The notes beneath the pieces are model-generated. The model ran no database searches. It saw nothing but the letters and a program-made list of their open reading frames with translations, and was not told where the DNA came from. A stretch of DNA of 64,000 bases from Myxococcota bacterium (lineage in GTDB: Bacteria > Myxococcota_A > UBA9042 > PHBI01 > JAWLBL01): assembly GCA_041687695.1 (NCBI GenBank), contig JAWLBL010000005.1:256799-320798 (forward strand), read 5' to 3'. Shown here piece after piece: positions 11,810 to 21,083 of this stretch. Made by a program: the position numbers and the translations under genes. Numbering within the stretch: the stretch's first letter is position 1; each line of letters begins with the position of its first letter.

Positions 11810-12277
11810 ATGTCTCGCTGGAGCTGGTTGGGCGTCGTCTCGGTCCTGAGCCTCGGGCTGACGGGTTGCTTCGTGCACCGCTACGACCCGGGGCCGCCGC
11901 CGCGCGCGCCCCGCACCGCCCCGATGGGCGCGACCGAGCGCGTGCACCGCTGCCCCCATGTGCGCGGCAACGGGGGAGAGATCGTGCTGGCCGCCGGGAC
12001 CTACCGCTGCAAGCTCGAGATCAAGGGCAACGGCAACGTGGTGCGCGGCGCAGGGCCGGGCCGCACCTTCCTCGACGGCAAGCTCGAGGTGAAGGGCAAC
12101 GGCAACCGGGTGGTGGGCCTGACCGTGCTGCGCAAGACCGAGCTGAAGGGCCACGACAACCGCCTGAGCCACGTCGACACCCGCGGCGGGGTCGAGGTCA
12201 AGGGCCGCGGGCACGGCAAGGGTCGCGGCAAGGGGCACGGGCGCGGTCATGGCCGGGGTCACCCTCACGGCGACTGA
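11810..12277 (+). CDS. Small lipoprotein with beta-helix-like (L/V)E(I/V)KGNGN repeats and Gly/His-rich tail
   Basis: GGAGG RBS at 11801; lipobox LTGC; repeats VRGNGG, IKGNGN, VKGNGN, LKGHDN; tail GHGKGRGKGHGRGHGRGHPHGD. Confidence 0.75.
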   Translation: MSRWSWLGVVSVLSLGLTGCFVHRYDPGPPPRAPRTAPMGATERVHRCPHVRGNGGEIVLAAGTYRCKLEIKGNGNVVRGAGPGRTFLDGKLEVKGNGNRVVGLTVLRKTELKGHDNRLSHVDTRGGVEVKGRGHGKGRGKGHGRGHGRGHPHGD

Positions 12278-12343
12278 GTCGCGCCCGCCGCGATCGCGCC
12301 GCCAGCGGTGAAGCTGTATCCTCGCGCTCGGGAGGGGCGACGG

Positions 12344-13552
12344 ATGCGACGGATGCTGGTGGTGTCGTGGATGTGCCTCGTCGGCTGTTCGGGCGACGCG
12401 GGCGCCGGCGCGTTCGCGGACACGCTGATCGAGGGAGGCCCGACCGACGACGCGGCCGACGCCGCGCTCCTGTCGAGTCCGCTGGTCGCGCACGAGTGGG
12501 CGACGCTGACCTCGCTGCAGGGCTCCGATGGGCTGCCGCTGCCTGGGCTGCACCGAGACGAGACCGAAGCCGAGATCGTCCCCGGGTTCGTCCACACCGG
12601 CCCGACGGCGCTCGCCGAGGCGACCCACCGGCTGCCGGCGCCGGTCCTGTACCTGCACACCGAAGGCCGGGGCCGGGTGCAGGTCGCGCTCGCCCTCGGC
12701 CACGGCCAGCTCGACGCCTGGCATCCGTGGGCCGCGCTGACGCCGGCCTCGCCTCACGCGCCGGGCCGCGCGGTGTGGGACCTCCAGGTCGGCGGCCCCT
12801 TCGAGGCGGTGCAGGCGGTCGACGACGGGGTCTTCTGGGCGCCGCTGCGCCAGGTCGACGCGACCATCGTGGCGACGGGCGACGTGCGCGAGCGCTTCGT
12901 GTTCTACCGCGCGCTCGCCAGCGCTCCGCAGGCGGAGCTGTCGCTGGACGCCCTGCAGGTGCGCGGGCCGGGCGGCTCGCAGCTCGAGGTGACCAACACC
13001 TCGGGCGCCCCGCTCCCCGCCGTGTTCCTGCTGCACGTCCACGCGGGCGGCGGCTCGCTGGTGCCGCTGGGGCCCCTGGCGGCGGGGCAGTCGATCCTCG
13101 CGGCCCCCACGCCCAAGGAGATCGACCCCGAGGCCTATGTGGCCAAGGCGACGGCCGCCGTGGCTGCCCAGCTGGTCGCGCTGGGGCTGCACGAGGACGA
13201 GGCCGCCGCCGTGCTGGCGACGTGGCAGGCCAACCTGTTCCGGACCTGGGGGCTGCGCGTCCTGGCCGTGCTGCCTCCGGCGTGGGTCGACGCCCGGTGG
13301 CCGCTCGAGGTTACGCCCACGCCGGCCGCGCGTGTGCGCGCCTGGGTCGCGCGGGTCGAGGTGCTGACCGACGCCGAGGAGCAGGCCCTGGTGGCCGAGC
13401 TCACGGCCGGCCCCGGCGACGATCTGCTGGAGCGCCTGGGCGCGTTTGCCGAGCCCAAGCTGCGCCGCGCCTGCGGCCTGGCCGGGGGTAACGCCGACGC
13501 CGCCGCCGCCTGCGCCGCCCTGATGGCGGATCTGCAGCGCGACGCGCCCTGA
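12344..13552 (+). CDS. Uncharacterised lipoprotein
   Basis: GGAGG upstream; lipobox LVGC; ordered-looking motifs AHEWATLTS, PVLYLH, ERFVFYR; GC3-biased codons. Confidence 0.7.
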   Translation: MRRMLVVSWMCLVGCSGDAGAGAFADTLIEGGPTDDAADAALLSSPLVAHEWATLTSLQGSDGLPLPGLHRDETEAEIVPGFVHTGPTALAEATHRLPAPVLYLHTEGRGRVQVALALGHGQLDAWHPWAALTPASPHAPGRAVWDLQVGGPFEAVQAVDDGVFWAPLRQVDATIVATGDVRERFVFYRALASAPQAELSLDALQVRGPGGSQLEVTNTSGAPLPAVFLLHVHAGGGSLVPLGPLAAGQSILAAPTPKEIDPEAYVAKATAAVAAQLVALGLHEDEAAAVLATWQANLFRTWGLRVLAVLPPAWVDARWPLEVTPTPAARVRAWVARVEVLTDAEEQALVAELTAGPGDDLLERLGAFAEPKLRRACGLAGGNADAAAACAALMADLQRDAP

Positions 13553-16003
13553 TCAGCCGCCCGTGACCCGCGGGCGCCAGCCCAGCGACACGAAGGCCGC
13601 GGTCAGCGACAGGCAGGTCACGAAGCAGACCAGGATGCCCAGGCACGCGACCAGGCCGATGGAGCGGATGCCCTCGTTGTCGACGAAGAGCAGGCTCATG
13701 AAGCCGACAGCCGTCGTCGCCGAGCTGATGGCCGCGGCGCCGCCGGTCGTGCGCATCACGCGCAGCAGGCCCTCGCCCTCCTTGAGGCGGTGGACCAGGT
13801 GGATGCTGGTGTCGACGCCGATGCCGAAGATGGTCGGCAGGACCACCACGTTGAACAGGGTCAGCGGGATGTCCAGCGCGGCCAGCAGCCCCAGGAACAG
13901 CACGAAGCCGATGGCGATGGGCACGAAGGCCAGCGCCGCGTCACCCGGGCGCCGCAGATCCAGCAGCAGGAACAGGATGACCACCGCCCCGGCCAGCGCC
14001 ACGGCCAGCGGCCCCTCCTCGAGCACCAGCGCGTAGGCGTCGCCCGTGATCATCCAGCTGGCGGTCGCGTGGTACACCTTGCCGTCCAGCTCGACGCGCC
14101 CGATCTCGTCCTGGATGCGCAGGACCTCCTTGGCGTTCGACTTCGAGCCGCTGACGTACAGCAGGACGTACCGCCCCAGGTTCCCCTCGGTGTCGGTGAA
14201 CTTCTCCTTCACCCACCCGGGCAGCCCGTCGACCGAGAACGCCGCCGGCGTCAGGTAGGGCCGCAGCCGGTCCGCGCCGTCCTTGTCCTCGCCCTCGAGC
14301 AGGCCGTACTTGGCGTCGATCTTGCGCTTCATCTCGGCGACCAGCGCCAGCTTCCGCTCCTGCTCGGGAGGCACGAAGGTGAAGATGCTGACGACGTCCT
14401 TGAGCCGCTCGGACCGCTCGGCCTTCACCGTGTCCAGGTGCCGGTGCAGCGCGCGCGTGTCCTCGAGCCCGTCGGTGATGATGAGCGCGGGGCTGGCCGT
14501 GCGCGTCTCGGCCTCCTTGCGGTACTTCGTCTTGAGCTCCGAGGCCTTCTGAGACGACTTGGGGCGCAGCTTGCTCATGTCGGCCTCGAAGGCCAGGCCG
14601 GGCAAGGTCAGCCCCGCGCCGCCCAGCAGGAGCGCGAAGACGCCGACCAGGGCCCAGGCGGCGCCGCGGCCCAGCTGGGTGCGGCCGGTCGCGGGGGCGG
14701 CGCTGGGGGCGTCGGGCGCGCTGGCGGGCTGCGGGCGCCGCACCACGTCGTCGAGCGCCGTGGCCAGCGCCGGGATGACGACGTAGACCGCCAAAAGGCA
14801 CAGCAGCACGCCGGCGGCCGCGAGGATGCCGAACTGGCTGAAGCCGCGGAAGTCGAACACCGACAGCGCGGCGAAGGTCGCCATCGTCGTCAGCGCCGCC
14901 GCGAGCATGGCCCGCCCCAGGCTGCCGAAGGCGCGCGGCAGGGCGACCGCCAGCGGGTGCCCGGCGGCGAACTCCTCGTCGGCGCGGCTGACCGCGTGGA
15001 CCGCGAAGTCGATGCCCAGGCCCACCAGGATGGCGAAGATGAAGGCGGTGATGGTGTTGAGCGACCCGATGGCGGCGCGGGCGAAGATCACCATCCAGGT
15101 GAGGCCCACGGCCAGCGGCACCAACACCAGGAAGATGGCCCGGAGGCGCCGGAAGTACAGCGCCAGGATGAGGCAGATCCCGCCCATGGCGACCCAGGTG
15201 GCCGTCGCCAGATCTTCTTTGATCTGCGCGACCGCCGCGGTGACCTGGCTGTAGTCCCCCTCCATGGTGACCGACAGCCCCGCGCCCTGCCGCTTCGACA
15301 GCGCCGCCTCCACGTCGGCCTCGATGAGCGCGTTGAGCCGCTGCGTCCGGTCGGTGTCGGCCGGCTTGAAGGTCGGGTAGACCTTGACGGCGATGACCTG
15401 CCCGTCGGGGCTCTCGAAGTAGGGCGTCAGATCCTGCGCGCCGACCAGCTCGCGCAGCTCGTCTTCGGTGGGGACGCCGCGATCGTCGGCGAGGGCCGCG
15501 GTCGGCGGGTCCTCGTCCTCGTCGTCGAAGTCGTCGAACCCGTCGGCCAGCTCCTTGGCGACGGCCCGCTTGATGCTCTCGTCGACCCGGGTGTGCAGCT
15601 CCTCGAGCTTGTCGACCGTCAGGAAGAGCAGGCCGTTGGTCTCGAAGAAGGCGGTGTCGCGCCGGAACTCGACGGAACCGACCATCTCGGCGTGGCGGGC
15701 GAAGGCGTCGGCCAGCTCGGCGCCCACCTGGCGGTTGACCTCTCGGTCGGGGCCGCCGATGAGGACCTGCATCTCGGAGCGCGAGCCCAGGATCTTCTGC
15801 GCCCGACGCGCGCGCACCACGTTCGGCGTGTCGTCGGGGAACAGCGCCTCCATGTCGCTGTGGATGGGGATGCGGGCGCCCCACAGGATCCCCGCCAGCG
15901 TCGTCGCGACCAGCGCCAGCGTCAGCCAGCGGCGCGCGACCAGGGCCGAGATGCGCCGGCCGACCCAGCGCGCGACCGGATGATGCTGGTGGTCGTCGCT
16001 CAT
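13553..16003 (-). CDS. MMPL/RND-family lipid transporter (HpnN-like)
   Basis: Two MMPL halves with GLGIDFAVH and GIGVDTSIH motifs, two large extracytoplasmic loops and multiple TM segments. Confidence 0.9.
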   Translation of the reverse strand: MSDDHQHHPVARWVGRRISALVARRWLTLALVATTLAGILWGARIPIHSDMEALFPDDTPNVVRARRAQKILGSRSEMQVLIGGPDREVNRQVGAELADAFARHAEMVGSVEFRRDTAFFETNGLLFLTVDKLEELHTRVDESIKRAVAKELADGFDDFDDEDEDPPTAALADDRGVPTEDELRELVGAQDLTPYFESPDGQVIAVKVYPTFKPADTDRTQRLNALIEADVEAALSKRQGAGLSVTMEGDYSQVTAAVAQIKEDLATATWVAMGGICLILALYFRRLRAIFLVLVPLAVGLTWMVIFARAAIGSLNTITAFIFAILVGLGIDFAVHAVSRADEEFAAGHPLAVALPRAFGSLGRAMLAAALTTMATFAALSVFDFRGFSQFGILAAAGVLLCLLAVYVVIPALATALDDVVRRPQPASAPDAPSAAPATGRTQLGRGAAWALVGVFALLLGGAGLTLPGLAFEADMSKLRPKSSQKASELKTKYRKEAETRTASPALIITDGLEDTRALHRHLDTVKAERSERLKDVVSIFTFVPPEQERKLALVAEMKRKIDAKYGLLEGEDKDGADRLRPYLTPAAFSVDGLPGWVKEKFTDTEGNLGRYVLLYVSGSKSNAKEVLRIQDEIGRVELDGKVYHATASWMITGDAYALVLEEGPLAVALAGAVVILFLLLDLRRPGDAALAFVPIAIGFVLFLGLLAALDIPLTLFNVVVLPTIFGIGVDTSIHLVHRLKEGEGLLRVMRTTGGAAAISSATTAVGFMSLLFVDNEGIRSIGLVACLGILVCFVTCLSLTAAFVSLGWRPRVTGG

Positions 16004-17169
16004 CGACGCTTCTCCGCGACCAGCTGCTCGTACAGCGCGAACAGCCCCTCGAAGTGGTCGTCCATCGTGCCGATCTTCTCGCGCGCCGCCCGCGCGCAGC
16101 CGGCCCGCAGCGCCTCGGGGTCGCGCCCCAGCAGCCGCACGATGGCCGCCCGCAGCGCCTCGGGCTCACCCGGCGGATAGCGCTCGGCGTAGTCCGGCCC
16201 CGCCAGATCCGCCGCGCCCCCCGCGTCCGGCACGACGACCGGCAGCCCGCTGCAGATCGCCTCGGCGACCACCAGCCCGTACGTCTCGGCCGCCGACCCG
16301 TGCACCATCGCGTCCGCGCTGGCCAGCGTCGTCGCCAGCTCCTCGCGGTCCTTGGTGTAGCCCGCCAGCAGCACGCCCTTCATCCCGCGCGTCCGCCGCG
16401 CCATCCACGCCCGCAGCGGCCCGTCGCCGTAGACCACCAGCCCCAGCGGCTCGCGCTCGGCCGCCCGCGCGAAGCCCTCGAGCACCGTCCCGAGGCGCTT
16501 TTCCGGGTGGAACCGGCTGACGTTCACCAGCAGCTTGCCCTCGGGCGGCACCCCGCAGGCCGCCAGCAGCTCCTGCCGCCGCGCCTCGCTGCGCTGCGCG
16601 GGCGAAAACGCCGCCTTGTCGATGCCGAACGGCACCGCCTCGGGCCGCGCCAGTTCGAAGCGCCGCAGCTTGTCGGCCAGCCAGTAGCCGCTGACCACCG
16701 TCGCGTCCATGTGCCGGCTCAGGCGCCGCAGGTAGGCCCAGTACCAGCCGAACAGCTTGTCCACGCGCTCGGCGCCCAGCACGTGCCCCAGGAACGTCTG
16801 CGGGTACACCGCCACCGGGTCCTGGTGGAAGATGAACGTCTTGACCGCGCGCCCCGGCCAGCGCGCGACGAACCAGCCGCCCGTCCAGGGCGAGCTGCCC
16901 TCGACCACGTCGGGCCGCTCTCGGTCCAGGATGCGGTGGACCTCTTTTTCGCGCCACAGCACGTAGTACCGCGGGTCGGGCGGCAGCGGCGGGCCCTTGA
17001 CCCACACGATGCGCCCGCCCAGGCGCTCCTCCTCGCCGTCCTCGGGCCCGGGGGCGACGATGACCACCTCGTGCCCGGCGCGCGCGCCGGCCGCCAGCTT
17101 CTGGTTGATGTACGTGCGGACCCCGCCGCCCTGCTCGGCGTAGAACTCCGCGACGTCGACGATCTTCAC
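16000..17169 (-). CDS. Glycosyltransferase family 4
   Basis: GTG start (VKIVDVAEFY...GGGVRTY); SRFHPEKRL; ETYGLVVAEA (EX7E); stop overlaps the MMPL start (ATGA). Confidence 0.9.
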   Translation of the reverse strand: MKIVDVAEFYAEQGGGVRTYINQKLAAGARAGHEVVIVAPGPEDGEEERLGGRIVWVKGPPLPPDPRYYVLWREKEVHRILDRERPDVVEGSSPWTGGWFVARWPGRAVKTFIFHQDPVAVYPQTFLGHVLGAERVDKLFGWYWAYLRRLSRHMDATVVSGYWLADKLRRFELARPEAVPFGIDKAAFSPAQRSEARRQELLAACGVPPEGKLLVNVSRFHPEKRLGTVLEGFARAAEREPLGLVVYGDGPLRAWMARRTRGMKGVLLAGYTKDREELATTLASADAMVHGSAAETYGLVVAEAICSGLPVVVPDAGGAADLAGPDYAERYPPGEPEALRAAIVRLLGRDPEALRAGCARAAREKIGTMDDHFEGLFALYEQLVAEKRR

Positions 17170-17426
17170 AGGACGGCTCCGGGGTGGCGGCCTGAGTGGC
17201 CCAAGTAACGAGTGGCCCCAGCTATGCCACCGCGGCGAGGCCATCGCAACCAAGACCGCGAGCCCCTCCGAGCCTTGGAGTAGCAGCTATCCAGCGGATC
17301 CGGCCGAGGTGGAGCAAGCCTACTCCACCGGGGTCGAGCGACCCGGGCGCCCCCCGCGGGCCGGGACCCGGAAAAAGTGGCGTCCCAGGCGGCCCTGCGC
17401 CACCTTGGCACTCCCGCCCCCCGTTC

Positions 17427-17442
17427 TGGCACATGGCTTGCT
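17427..17442 (+). promoter_or_regulatory. Sigma-54 (-24/-12) promoter
   Basis: TGGCAC-ATGGC-TTGCT, an exact consensus match about 80 bp upstream of the GT4 start at 17522. Confidence 0.75.
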
Positions 17443-17521
17443 TCTGCCCCCTGCCGAGGTCCGCCGGGGTCGACGGGCCCCGGGACCACGTCCCCTGTCT
17501 CCGATCGTCCGGAGGTCGCTC

Positions 17522-18961
17522 GTGCGCGTAGGCATCCTGACGGAGTACCCCTCCCCCGCCGTCCAGTCTGGACCGGCCATCCACACCAAGTTCCTGTACG
17601 AGGGGCTCGGGCGGCGCGGCCACGACGTCATGCTCATCGGCCCGGACACCGGCTCGGTCATGCCCATCGACGGCCCCGAGACCCAGCTGTTCCACGCCGT
17701 CAGCTACCCGACGCACCCGAACGTCAAGATCCCGCTGCCGCGCGGCCTTCGCAGCATGTACGACGCCCCCCGCGTCGACGTCATCCACGGGCAGACCAAC
17801 TCGCACATGATCCACTACGGCGTGTGGGTCCGCGAGCTGCACGGGATCCCGCTGCTCAACACCCACACCATCCACCTGCCGACCCACTCGCACTTCATCC
17901 TGTCGGACAAGCTCTACGGCAACCCGATGGTGCGCGAGGTCACGCGCCAGAGCGCGCTCGGCATGGAGAAGAACTTCGCCCGCCTGTACAACCAGGGCGA
18001 CTGCCTCATCGTCCAGAGCCGCTACTTCGTCGACTACTGGCGCGAGCGCGGCGTGACCGTCCCCATCGAGGTCGTCGGCCGCCCCATCAACCCGACCCTG
18101 TTCTCGGCCCAGCCCGGCGAGGATCCCTTCCCGACCTCCTTCAAGGTCGGCAAGCGCCTGCTGGTCGTCTGCCGCCACGACCGCGAGAAGAGCCTCGACC
18201 ACCTCATCGATCTGTTCGTGAGCCGCATCGCCCCGAACGATCCCGAGGCGACCCTGACCCTGGTCGGCGACGGCCACCACCACGCCAACCTGGTGATGAA
18301 GGCCCTCGCCACGCCCTACGCCGCCCGCATCCACTTCCCGGGCGAGGTCGCGCACGGCCGGCTCGTCGACTGGTACGCCCACGCCGACGTCTTCGTGTAC
18401 ACCTCGGTGTCCGAGACCTTCGGCAACGTCGTCAACGAGGCGCTGTGGACCGGCCTGCCGGTCGTCGCCCTCGACGATCGCATGGGCGTCGCCCACCAGA
18501 TCGCCCACGAGATCAACGGCTACCTGGTCGAGCCGGAGCGCCACGACACCGACGACCGCTTCGCCGCGGCCGTCCTGCGCCTGACGGGCAACCGCAACAT
18601 CCGCCGCCGCATGGCCGAGCAGGCCGCCACCCTCGCTCGGCGGGTGTCGCACCCCGACGTGGTCCTCAGCCGCTTCGAGCGCATCTACGAGGACGCGAAG
18701 CGGCACTGCCGCGAAACCCTTGGCAAACCGCTCCGTGAGCGGGGCCACCTCACCCGCGTCCGCTCTTTCACGCGCAACATCGGCGCCTGGACGTGGTACA
18801 ACAGCCTCCTGTTGACGCTCGCGCACACCGCGACGCGTCTCGGGGCCAGCCGCACGGGAGACGCCGCCCAGCACGAGGCGGTGATGGCCGAGGTCGCCGC
18901 CCAGGCGCCCGCCGCCGCCACCTCGAACCGCGCCGCGCGCGAGCGCCGACCGGCCGCCTGA
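17522..18961 (+). CDS. Glycosyltransferase family 4 (diacylglycerol glycosyltransferase-like)
   Basis: GGAGG RBS at 17511; VGILTEYP, THTIHL, RHDREKSL, SETFGNVVNEA (EX7E). Confidence 0.9.
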   Translation: MRVGILTEYPSPAVQSGPAIHTKFLYEGLGRRGHDVMLIGPDTGSVMPIDGPETQLFHAVSYPTHPNVKIPLPRGLRSMYDAPRVDVIHGQTNSHMIHYGVWVRELHGIPLLNTHTIHLPTHSHFILSDKLYGNPMVREVTRQSALGMEKNFARLYNQGDCLIVQSRYFVDYWRERGVTVPIEVVGRPINPTLFSAQPGEDPFPTSFKVGKRLLVVCRHDREKSLDHLIDLFVSRIAPNDPEATLTLVGDGHHHANLVMKALATPYAARIHFPGEVAHGRLVDWYAHADVFVYTSVSETFGNVVNEALWTGLPVVALDDRMGVAHQIAHEINGYLVEPERHDTDDRFAAAVLRLTGNRNIRRRMAEQAATLARRVSHPDVVLSRFERIYEDAKRHCRETLGKPLRERGHLTRVRSFTRNIGAWTWYNSLLLTLAHTATRLGASRTGDAAQHEAVMAEVAAQAPAAATSNRAARERRPAA

Positions 18962-19061
18962 CCCACAGCCCCTCCGGGGCCGGGCTCCCAGCCCGTCCTC
19001 GACCCCAAGGGCGGGCAGCGATGCCCGCCCTTCCTCTTTTCGAAGCTGCGGGGGAGAGATC

Positions 19062-20981
19062 ATGCGGTTCGCGGCGTGCGCGTTGGCAGTCGTCCTCTTC
19101 GCGGCCTGTGGCGACGCCGGCCCTTCACCGGGACAGGTCGACGCCACCGCCGATGCGACGGACGACGTGGCGCCGCCCGACACCTCCGACGACGCCGGCG
19201 GCGACACCGTGTCCCCCGGCCCCGACGCCGCCGGCCACGACGCGGCGGGCGACACGGCGGGCGACGTCGACGCCGACGCTGGCCCCGACGCCGCGGGCTC
19301 CTGCGTCGCGCCCGGCGGCCCCTGCGATCCCTTCGATCTCGAGCCCGGGGCCGGCTTCTTCTGCGCCCGCCGGGCCGACGGCGCGGGCGAGTGTCGGCCA
19401 GCCTGCGCTCCATCGACACCCCAGGCGTGTCCCCAGGGGCAGGCCTGCCTGGTCCCGGCCCACCGCACGACCGGCTTTTGCGCCCCGGCCGCCTGCGACG
19501 GCTTCGAGGCCGACACCTGCGGCGCGGGCGCTCAGTGCCTCCCGGCGCCCGACGGCGGCGCCTGCGTGGCCGGCGGGTCGGGCGCACCGGGCGTGGCCTG
19601 CGCCGCTCACGCCGCCTGCCAGCTGGGCAGCGTCTGCCACCAGGGCCGCTGCGCGGTGGCGGGGTGCGCGGCCGACCAACCCTCAACCTGTCCGCTGGGT
19701 GCCACCTGCGTCCCGGCCGAGGGACCCGCCGACGCGCCGCTCGAGTTGACGGTGTGCGACCCCTCCTGTGTCGCCTTCGCGCCCGACGATCCGTGCCCGG
19801 CAGGGACCTGGTGCGCGCCCACCCCGGGCCAGCCTGACGGGACCTGCGTGGCCCCCGCCCCCGACGCGGGCGCGCTGGGCGAGGCCTGCGCCGACGCCGG
19901 CTGCTGCGGCGCGCGAGCGGCTCCCGGCTGCGCCTCGGCCCCGGCCGTCGAGGCCTGCGTGTGCGCCCAGGACGCCTACTGCTGCGAGGTCGACTGGGAC
20001 GCGACCTGCGGGCAGCTCGCCGAGGCTTGCGAACTCGGCTGCGGGCCGGCGCCGGCCGAGGCCTGCGCCCAGGGCCTGACCTGCGTGGCGGGCACCTGCC
20101 GCGCCGCCTGCGCCTTCGACGGCGGCCCCCAGTGGACCTGCGGGGTCGCCGAGGCCTGCCTGCCGGTCTACGCCGACGGCGCGCCGAGCGCCTGGGGCGC
20201 CTGCGTGGCCGGCTGCGAGCCCTTCACCTCGGACCCGACCTGCGGCGTGACCCACTGGTGCCGGCCCCTGTTCTTCGGAGGCGGGGCCTGCCAGCCCATC
20301 GCCAACACCAACACGGGCGAGGGCACCGCCTGCGGGGCCGTCGACCCTGCCCTGCCGTGCTGCGACGCAACAAGCGACTGCGCCGACTCCGCTGTGAAGG
20401 CCTGCGCCTGCGCGGCGGACGCTTCGTGCTGTAGCGGCTGGGACCAGGACTGCGTCGCGGCGGCGGTGGACCTGTGCGGCGCCCACTGCTCGCCGCCGCC
20501 GGCCACCTGCGACGTCGGGATGGTCTGCCTGGGCGGCCGCTGCCAGCCCGCCTGCCTGCCCGGCGCCGCCCCCGAGACCGCCGGCGCGTGCCAGGACGAC
20601 GGCGACCTGTGCCGCACGCTCGAGGCCGGGGGCGCCGACCTCGCCTTCGGGGTGTGCCGGCAGATCTGCGCCTTCCCGAGCGGCGCGTGTGACCTGCCGG
20701 GCCAGTTCTGCGCCGCGGCCGACGTCCTGGGCCAGCCTCAGGACCTGTGCGTCTTCGCGCCCGACGCCATCGCCGACTTCCCGCTCGCGGCCGGCGCGCC
20801 CTGCCCCGCCGGGGCCCCGGCCGGCACCTTCTGCGCCCCCAACCGCCTGTGCGTCTCGGGCACCTGCACCGACCTGTGCCTCGCCGTGACCGCGCCGCTC
20901 GACACCGCGCCGCACCCGGACTGCTCGGACCCGCGGGCCTCGTGCGTGCCGCTGTCCGACGCCGTCGGGCTGTGCGACTGA
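19062..20981 (+). CDS. Cysteine-rich repeat lipoprotein
   Basis: Lipobox FAAC; acidic DA-rich linker followed by many Cys modules, including two CxCxxDxxCC..WDxxC units. Confidence 0.85.
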   Translation: MRFAACALAVVLFAACGDAGPSPGQVDATADATDDVAPPDTSDDAGGDTVSPGPDAAGHDAAGDTAGDVDADAGPDAAGSCVAPGGPCDPFDLEPGAGFFCARRADGAGECRPACAPSTPQACPQGQACLVPAHRTTGFCAPAACDGFEADTCGAGAQCLPAPDGGACVAGGSGAPGVACAAHAACQLGSVCHQGRCAVAGCAADQPSTCPLGATCVPAEGPADAPLELTVCDPSCVAFAPDDPCPAGTWCAPTPGQPDGTCVAPAPDAGALGEACADAGCCGARAAPGCASAPAVEACVCAQDAYCCEVDWDATCGQLAEACELGCGPAPAEACAQGLTCVAGTCRAACAFDGGPQWTCGVAEACLPVYADGAPSAWGACVAGCEPFTSDPTCGVTHWCRPLFFGGGACQPIANTNTGEGTACGAVDPALPCCDATSDCADSAVKACACAADASCCSGWDQDCVAAAVDLCGAHCSPPPATCDVGMVCLGGRCQPACLPGAAPETAGACQDDGDLCRTLEAGGADLAFGVCRQICAFPSGACDLPGQFCAAADVLGQPQDLCVFAPDAIADFPLAAGAPCPAGAPAGTFCAPNRLCVSGTCTDLCLAVTAPLDTAPHPDCSDPRASCVPLSDAVGLCD

Positions 20982-21083
20982 GTCCTTTCGGCAGGTTGGG
21001 CCCCCTCGCGCCCGCGCCGTTGCGATGACACGGTCGGCGGGTATGGTGGCGCCCTTCCCACCCGAGCACCCAGTGGAGGCACC

